The notes beneath the pieces are model-generated. The model was not told the origin of the DNA and did no database searches. It worked only from the letters and a program-made list of their open reading frames with translations. From a virus: 64,000 nucleotides of DNA. A program made the position numbers and the translations under genes. Where the stretch lies: positions 64,001 through 128,000 of the IMG/VR virus record IMGVR_UViG_3300017987_000006; one strand, 5' to 3'. Shown here piece after piece: positions 57,846-64,000 of the stretch; within the stretch, counting starts at the first letter, position 1, and every line of letters begins with the position of its first letter.

Positions 57846-57875
57846 TTGACGTTTTAGATCTAGGGCGGTTAGGAT
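57846..57875 (+). promoter_or_regulatory. Sigma70-like promoter for the head module
   Basis: TTGACG-18 nt-TAGGAT in the divergent intergenic region; CAGGAG RBS before 57908. Confidence 0.45.
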
Positions 57876-57907
57876 GTAGGGCATCGCCTCAGACCAGGAG
57901 CTTTAGA

Positions 57908-59140
57908 ATGATCAACGCCCTGCTGGATATGTACGACGACCCCTCCGGCATCGTTCTCAAAGAGAAGGTCGCTTCGCTGGAGGATGTACCGGAGTTTATC
58001 AAGCAGGCTGAGCGCCTGGACCGAGAGACGCTGGACAAGCTACCTGATGACGTCTTCGCCCTGGTCATGCTGGACAGCGGAGACAAGATGCGTAAGTACG
58101 CCTGCACCGACAAGGGAAACACCGCCCTCTCAGTGCTCTACTTCATGGAGACCAAGAACAACCTTCCGGCGGAGGCTCAGAAGACAGCGGCGAAGAATCT
58201 GATGGAGGCCTGTCGATGGTACAGCATGGAGCCCCCCGCCGAACTTGAGAAGACCGCCCTTCTCGGCCCGGCGATGGGAGCAGTAACCCTTGGCATGGGG
58301 GCAATGGAAGGCAACCGCCGATACAAGCAGCGCAAGGCGGCGCTTCAGCAGGGTGCAACGGGGTCGCAGATCATGAAGATGAGCGAGATGGGAGCCAACA
58401 TCATGCCCAAGACCAAGGTACCTGAGAAGACGGCCTCCCTGAAGCCCCACGTCGACATCACGGGCAAGCACCCACCGCAGCAAGTAACCCAGGAGACCGG
58501 AAGGTTCTACGCGCTCACCAAGGAGGGTGGGGCCCGATACCCAATCGACACCATGGGTCAAGTCCAGAAGGCGATCACGTATTTCGAGAAGTACGCCGAG
58601 CGCTTCACACCTCCTGATCGCCACCTCTTCTGTGCGAACGTGTCTCGGAGGGCGGACGAGCTCGGCGTACCCGTGACTGAGAAGATCGCCAAGTACGGAG
58701 CGTCCACCATGGCCCAGGATGCCCCCGTAGCGATTTATCAGCGCCAGAGGATGTTCCGTGAGGGGACCAGCGAGCACGGCCTACTGCAAGAGATGCGCGA
58801 GAAGTGTGCCTCGATCAAGCCCGAGTTCCTGGCGGTCACGCTGGAGAACTTTGATAAGCAGGCGGGGCTGGACAGGCTGTGGGACAACGGTCTGCCAGAT
58901 CCGTACTACTCGATCTTCGGTGTGGAGAAGCGAGCTGAGTACAGCTTCACCACCGCGAACGACACGATCAACGAAACACGCTTGAAACGCTGCGCCAAGG
59001 AGTGTAAGAAGCAGGTCCAAGATCTGTTCAACGAGGATGTGGCGGAGGAATTTTCCAAGGACCCGGTGCAGATTTTCGATTCCCTTCCCCTGGACCAAAA
59101 GCGTATTATCATGCGACTGGCATCCCAGGTCGAAGAATAA
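57908..59140 (+). CDS. Head-associated protein with many (E/D/Q)K-x-A sites
   Basis: EKVA, QKTA, ELEKTA, EKTA, EKIA, DKQA, EKRA; a short hydrophobic Gly-rich segment follows ELEKTA. Confidence 0.7.
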   Translation: MINALLDMYDDPSGIVLKEKVASLEDVPEFIKQAERLDRETLDKLPDDVFALVMLDSGDKMRKYACTDKGNTALSVLYFMETKNNLPAEAQKTAAKNLMEACRWYSMEPPAELEKTALLGPAMGAVTLGMGAMEGNRRYKQRKAALQQGATGSQIMKMSEMGANIMPKTKVPEKTASLKPHVDITGKHPPQQVTQETGRFYALTKEGGARYPIDTMGQVQKAITYFEKYAERFTPPDRHLFCANVSRRADELGVPVTEKIAKYGASTMAQDAPVAIYQRQRMFREGTSEHGLLQEMREKCASIKPEFLAVTLENFDKQAGLDRLWDNGLPDPYYSIFGVEKRAEYSFTTANDTINETRLKRCAKECKKQVQDLFNEDVAEEFSKDPVQIFDSLPLDQKRIIMRLASQVEE

Positions 59141-59153
59141 AGGAGAGATCACG

Positions 59154-59900
59154 ATGACAAAAGAGAGCAAGGCATTCGGTACGCAGCGCGCCAACAAGCA
59201 GCACCTCGTGCTGGGTAAGGGCGGCGTGGCTGGTGAGGTCGCAGATCTCCGCCGCGACGTGGAAGAGGGCTTTCAGAACAACGAGGAGCGCGCGGGCTTC
59301 CCCGAGGTCGACTGGGTCGATGGCGGCGCGATGTCCGTGGACGGCGGAGACGACTTCGTCATCAAGGGATCGAACCTGCTGCAAGATCAGGAGTTCGACT
59401 CGGTGACGCTGGGCACCGGCAACGCGGCCGTCACCTTCTCGGCGTTGAAGCCGGGCGAGGGCAGCGGGCTCTCCGTAGTCATCGAGCAGGGTGTTGGGGC
59501 TCTGGCGGTCGATCTGACAGACGGGCTTCTGACCGTCACGCTCGCCGCGGCGAACAGTACGGCCACCGAGGTAGCTGCGGCCGTCAACGCCGACTCCGAT
59601 TGTATCGGGGTGATCCTGGCCGTCGCCGGTGGAACCGGTGCGGATGACGTCGTGGTAGCGACCGAGACCGAGTTGACCGGCGGCGTCGGCACCTACGCCG
59701 AGAACAAGGTCCTCATCTCTGGCGTGGAGGCGCTGCCGAAGCAGGAGGCCGACTCGTGGGGCGACGACTCGATCACCGTGAAGACGCCAGATCTGACGGC
59801 TGAGACCGATGCTCGAGCGGAGGGCGACCTGGCCACCATCCGTGTTATGGTGGACGGTAAGCTGTCGCTTCAGGCGACCATGGCGCTGGGCGCGGCATAA
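59154..59900 (+). CDS. Virion structural/decoration protein
   Basis: Start moved to ATG 59154 (AAGGAG RBS); STATEVAAAVNA segment and IPT-like C-terminus (WGDDSITVKTP). Confidence 0.65.
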   Translation: MTKESKAFGTQRANKQHLVLGKGGVAGEVADLRRDVEEGFQNNEERAGFPEVDWVDGGAMSVDGGDDFVIKGSNLLQDQEFDSVTLGTGNAAVTFSALKPGEGSGLSVVIEQGVGALAVDLTDGLLTVTLAAANSTATEVAAAVNADSDCIGVILAVAGGTGADDVVVATETELTGGVGTYAENKVLISGVEALPKQEADSWGDDSITVKTPDLTAETDARAEGDLATIRVMVDGKLSLQATMALGAA

Positions 59901-59912
59901 CAGCGAGATCTG

Positions 59913-60719
59913 GTGTCCCGGGACTACGAAGCTGAGCTCCGGGAGGTCCTGGAAAAGACGGGTCAGTCAGCCGGCATCACCAACACGACGGACGAGTCGG
60001 CCGAACACGTCGAAACCACGTCTCCGGAGACAGAGCACACGGAGGCGGAGAAGGTTGTTGTTACGCCCTTCTCCGCCGCCAAGCTCTTTGTGCACCACGA
60101 CACACATCCTCTGGTCTTGGACATCAAGCTGATGGATCAGTATGGGCTCTCGTGGTTCGAGTGGGAGCCCACGACGTTGTGGCGAGAGATCATGGACGAT
60201 TTTCGGACGCCCTCGATCTCGGACCACGTCAAGAGCAAGATCCAAGCCCTACGTACGACGCACATCACAGATAAGGCGTTCGCGAAGTGGGAGACGTTCT
60301 CCGTCATCACGCAGGCACTGAACAACAACATTCCAGACTTCGAGATCATGCGGAGGCCCACCATCTCCCAGCTGTTTGCGGCAGTGGACATGATGACTAT
60401 GGTTCGCAACGATGTCCCGTTCAGCGAGGAGATCGAGTACTGGTGCGGGGCCGCACTGCTGGATGCGGGGGTGGTGTGTGCCCCCCAGCCCATCGCTTTC
60501 TGCCAAGACGCAATCCTGGAGATTCAGGAAGAATTGGGAGTAGAGGTTGACCCAGCTCCCGTAAAGGAGAAATATAGACTATTGCTGTCTGTCCCCGCGG
60601 AGGAGGTGGAGCTCAGGGAGAACCCGGTGGACATCCAGGTGATGAAGCTGATCATTGCCAGGGACTACCTTTCTTTGCGTCGCGGCCAGATGAAAGAACA
60701 GCTGAGGGCCCTACGATGA
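59913..60719 (+). CDS. Hypothetical head-module protein
   Basis: 268-aa ORF with typical codon usage; ATGA overlap with the next gene. Confidence 0.7.
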   Translation: MSRDYEAELREVLEKTGQSAGITNTTDESAEHVETTSPETEHTEAEKVVVTPFSAAKLFVHHDTHPLVLDIKLMDQYGLSWFEWEPTTLWREIMDDFRTPSISDHVKSKIQALRTTHITDKAFAKWETFSVITQALNNNIPDFEIMRRPTISQLFAAVDMMTMVRNDVPFSEEIEYWCGAALLDAGVVCAPQPIAFCQDAILEIQEELGVEVDPAPVKEKYRLLLSVPAEEVELRENPVDIQVMKLIIARDYLSLRRGQMKEQLRALR

Positions 60720-61597
60720 ATGCATACAAGACCCTGGCCTTTGTAGACGAGCTGGAGAAGCTGGCCCTCGCACCTTCGTTGGTCCAGCGGGCCCTACGGT
60801 CTGGTGTCGGCCGTGCTGTCGTCAGCAACGTCCCGAAGGTCTGGGGCTCTGGTTTCGGGCGCGCGGCAGCGGGAGCCCTGCCTGGGGCGGCCATAGGTGC
60901 TGTGGCAGACCCGCAGGACAGTGTTCGGGGGGCAGTCCTGGGCGGTCTTGCTGGAGCTGGAGCTGGCTATGCATCACCCCTGCTCACGGCTGGGGGTCGC
61001 GCTCGTGCTAGAGAGGCCCTGAAGCAGTGGGGCAGGGAACAGAAGCACTCCTTCGTTGGTGGTGAACTCCCCATCAAAAAAAGCATGAAGCCGGAAGAAA
61101 TCGCGAAACTTCGATCTGCGGAGAAGGCCGGGCTGACTAGTCTGCCGGGCGTAGTCAAGGGGATGGCAAAGAGGCCGCTACAGACGATGAAGGCTGGTTG
61201 GCAACACGCTGGAGGTCTGGGCAAGGCTATGATCGTGGGGGATGTGGCGCTGCAGGCTCCGGGCCTTGTAGACCCAACCACCCCAGAAGGAACGGGGGAG
61301 AAGGCCCTGCGGATGCTCGGAGGGACAGCAGGATTTCTTGCCGGAGGAAAGCTGCCGATGTTGGCTAGCCTGGCCCCCATGGCCGGGCTGGCGTACCTCG
61401 GCGGGAAGGCTGGTCGCGGGATCGATGTGTTGACAGGCGAGAGAGCAAAGAAAAAGAAGATGATGACTGCGGCGCAGCAGGCCGAAGCCGACAAGTTTTT
61501 GCGGGTCAGGCCTACTACTGCTCTCGCTCAGCGGGAGGCGCGGAAACTCGTCCCGGCCGGGTACATCCCGGCTGGGTACGGACCGGGGGTTGTCTGA
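60716..61597 (+). CDS. Glycine-zipper protein with N-terminal 'FVDELEKLA' motif
   Basis: GALPGAAIGA..GAVLGGLAGAGAG and LGGTAGFLAGG..AGLAYLGG. Confidence 0.7.
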   Translation: MNAYKTLAFVDELEKLALAPSLVQRALRSGVGRAVVSNVPKVWGSGFGRAAAGALPGAAIGAVADPQDSVRGAVLGGLAGAGAGYASPLLTAGGRARAREALKQWGREQKHSFVGGELPIKKSMKPEEIAKLRSAEKAGLTSLPGVVKGMAKRPLQTMKAGWQHAGGLGKAMIVGDVALQAPGLVDPTTPEGTGEKALRMLGGTAGFLAGGKLPMLASLAPMAGLAYLGGKAGRGIDVLTGERAKKKKMMTAAQQAEADKFLRVRPTTALAQREARKLVPAGYIPAGYGPGVV

Positions 61598-64000
61598 TGG
61601 ACCTCGGAACAGTTGGCGCTACACGCTTCTCCAGATCTCGCGGCAGGATAACTGGATCTGGAACCAGCGGCATCAGCTATCCGAGCCCGTTCTTCGATAT
61701 CGGGCATACGTACCTGCCCACCACCGTCAAGCAGATGTTCAGGTGGTGTCGGTACTACTTTTTAGTTCACCCGCTGATCAACTCGATCATCTTCAAGATG
61801 GCCCAGTATCCGATCACGGACCTGGTCTATCACACCGACGATCCGCACTTGAAGGACCGGTGGAGGGAGATCTTCGAGGACGTTCTCAAGTACCGCTGCT
61901 TCCAGATGGAGATCGGTCTCGACTTCAACACGTACGGCAACGGGTTTGTCTCAATGTTCTTTCCGTTCCGGAAGATCATTGAGTGCACGAACTGTCATAA
62001 CAGCGAGGCCGCAAAGGACGCCAGGTACTACTTCCGCAACTTCCAGTTCTATTGGAAGTGCCCACGCTGTGGGCACCACGGGCCGACCAAGGTCTATGAT
62101 CGGTACATCAAGTCGACGCGGGGAATCCGCCTCTTGAGGTGGAACCCGGAGGACATCGACGTTCGATACAACGATCTGAACGGCCAGTACACCTACTTCT
62201 ACGACATTCCCGTGAAGTTGAAGAACGACATCATCATGGGGCGGAGACATATCGTGGAGGAGGTGCCGCAGGTCTTCATCGAAGCGCTTCGACGGAAGAA
62301 GGCTATCGTCTTCAACAACGACAACATCTACCACTTCCGACGCCCGACACTGGCTGGCAAAGATCGAGGGTGGGGAATCCCATTGATCTTGCCGGTGCTG
62401 AAGGACGCCTTCTACCTGCAAATACTGAAAAAATCTCAAGAATGTGTGTCTTTAACCAGCGAGCTGGAGACATCGGGCGGGCTGGTGCAGGCGGACGATG
62501 TTAGGGTTGGGGACCTCGTGAGAACTCATACGGGCGCGTGGAAATCCGTGGAGAAGAAGTGGTATCGGGACGCCCGAGAAGAAGAGGTCGGCAGGAAGAT
62601 CACTCTCACGAGTCTTCGTGGGTATCCGACAACGTATTCTCCACAACATCCAATCTTTACGATCCGCAGAAACGGGATTAATAGACGGACGGACACGAGA
62701 GAAGCTCCACGCTCCTCAATAATTTTGAGCAGGCCGCATCTTTATGAGGAGGTCCTTTGTCCGGCAGAGTAGTTGGGTATCGGGGAGTACGTCCTCTATC
62801 CGCGGTATCTCCCCGTGCAGGAGACAACCTACGTTGACGTTGCTTTAAGGACCGGGTTGGTGAGTACTGACGGGTTCGTCTATAGTGGGTGCTGTGAGGA
62901 CACCGCTGTCGCTTTCGAATCTTTGGAGCGGGGAGAAAGGGTACCACACGACAACCCGGGGCGAGTAGCGAAGAGGGCGATTCGTGATGGGCGCACTCCG
63001 AAGAGAATGCCCAGGATCATTCCCATGACGGACGACCTGGCTTACATCCTCGGTTGGTATGCTGGTGATGGGAGCTGCAATGCCAGAAGTGTATTTTTCA
63101 GCCTTGGGAAAGGGGATGATTCCCTTTCTCTCATCGGGGCTATTCAGCGAGAGTTCGGGGTTACACCCACCGTGGAGGAGGGAAAATCTGTGAACACGGT
63201 GGTACTGTCCGACGTCATCGTACGTCATTTGATCAAGGGCCTAGTACCCGGGACAGCTCGACATAAAAAAGCCCCAGAAGAGGTGCTCAACGCCCCAAAC
63301 AGCATGAAACTTTCATACCTGCGTGGGTTGTGGGAGGCAGACGGGTCAGCAGGCGAAAAGAGTATATGCATCACCTCCACCAGTCGAAACCAAGCATATG
63401 ACGTATATAGGATCGCGATCCATGTTGGCTGTATCGCTTCCATCGGAAAATCGAAGCCGAGCGTTAGCGTAATTGATGGAAGAGAGGTACGAAGCAAAGG
63501 ATCGTACAATGTGACCGTATGCAATGCGTCGGCCGATCGTCTGCGTTCTTTGTGGGAGTGCGGGGAGGGCCCTGATATTACATCAGGGAAAAGCGGGTTC
63601 TTTTGGGGTGACTACTTTGCCACCAGGATCTGCGCAATTGAAGAGGTTGAGGAGGCACAGTATATAGACTTCAAGGTAGCCGATGACACCACGTTCTGTG
63701 TCCCGGGTACGGCCACAAAGAATAGCATTGCGCTCGATCATATCGTCCCACTTCGCGTGATGTTCCCGCAGACCGGCTCGGCAACCGCCGACCCATTCTC
63801 GATGGTCAACCTCTCGGAATGGAAAGATCAAATCGCTGAGGAGATTCAGCGTTGGAGGCTCGATAATAACTACATTCCGATCCTCCCGCTCCCCATCGGT
63901 AATCAGACCATCGGAGGCGATGGTCGGGCGTTGTTGCTCGGGCAAGAGATCAGAGTGTGGTCGGAGCAGATCGTCACCGGGCTGGGGATCCCAATCGAGC
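61597..64000 (+). CDS. Probable portal protein (3' partial) with Zn ribbon and an intein; one in-frame TAG at 62770-62772
   Basis: YHFRRP...RGWGIPLILP is portal-like. The frame stays open from 62773 to the window end and resumes extein sequence SIALDHIVPLR after the intein. Confidence 0.65.
62443..63723 (+). mobile_element. Intein with LAGLIDADG homing endonuclease (427 codons, including one TAG)
   Basis: C1 CVSLTSEL, block B YSPQHPIF, LAYILGWYAGDGS and YLRGLWEADGS, block F YIDFKVADDTTF, ends TATKN|S. Confidence 0.9.

Noticed and set aside
62746-62759. Strong GAGGAGG upstream of the amber codon as an RBS for the intein C-half
   Set aside because: It is 20 nt from the in-frame TTG, and the TTG closer to it is out of frame and opens only a short ORF.
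215-63945. Many long overlapping or antisense ORFs in the track (e.g. 1519-2121, 36657-37340, 48590-49372, 55540-56442)
   Set aside because: Shadow ORFs expected from GC-rich codon bias opposite or out of frame with well-supported genes; they are Arg/Pro/Ser-rich and have no motifs.
1-64000. Genome-wide TAG reassignment (genetic code 15)
   Set aside because: Only one internal TAG was found. Genes of 1000-1366 aa have none, and several TAG-ended genes (1971, 13692, 26130) have no meaningful continuation. About half of the TAG stops are followed by an in-frame start (7989, 10015, 12759, 16884, 35434, 36596, 52183), but this is not clearly above the one-third expected by chance, and TAGGAG doubles as an RBS.

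Overview
This is a 64-kb fragment of a large, GC-rich tailed bacteriophage genome (Caudoviricetes; myovirus-like because of baseplate J-like and gp25-like genes). It has three blocks. (1) 1-40130, + strand: tail, fibre, baseplate and spike genes, a small membrane/lysis-like cluster, and a cluster of putative virion-internal cargo proteins (SNF2-like ATPase, InPase-domain protein, ART-like fragment). (2) 40555-57774, - strand: a replication/recombination operon (RusA-like, Cas4-like and Hjc-like nucleases, RecA/UvsX, family A DNA polymerase, SSB-like protein, DnaG, DnaB, DUF932-like protein, family 4/5 UDG, and an SF2 helicase with a mini-intein). (3) 57908-64000, + strand: the start of a head module, including a probable portal gene with a LAGLIDADG intein. 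No rRNA, tRNA or CRISPR array was found. The two most notable observations are a shared 'S/A-F/L-x-D/E-E-L-E-K-x-A' motif on eight otherwise unrelated proteins (near the N-terminus in seven), which is a candidate capsid-loading or maturation-protease tag, and a single in-frame TAG inside the intein of the probable portal gene. All assignments come from reading motifs by eye; no database search was run. Several start codons were moved from the supplied ORF track using RBS and stop/start overlaps.
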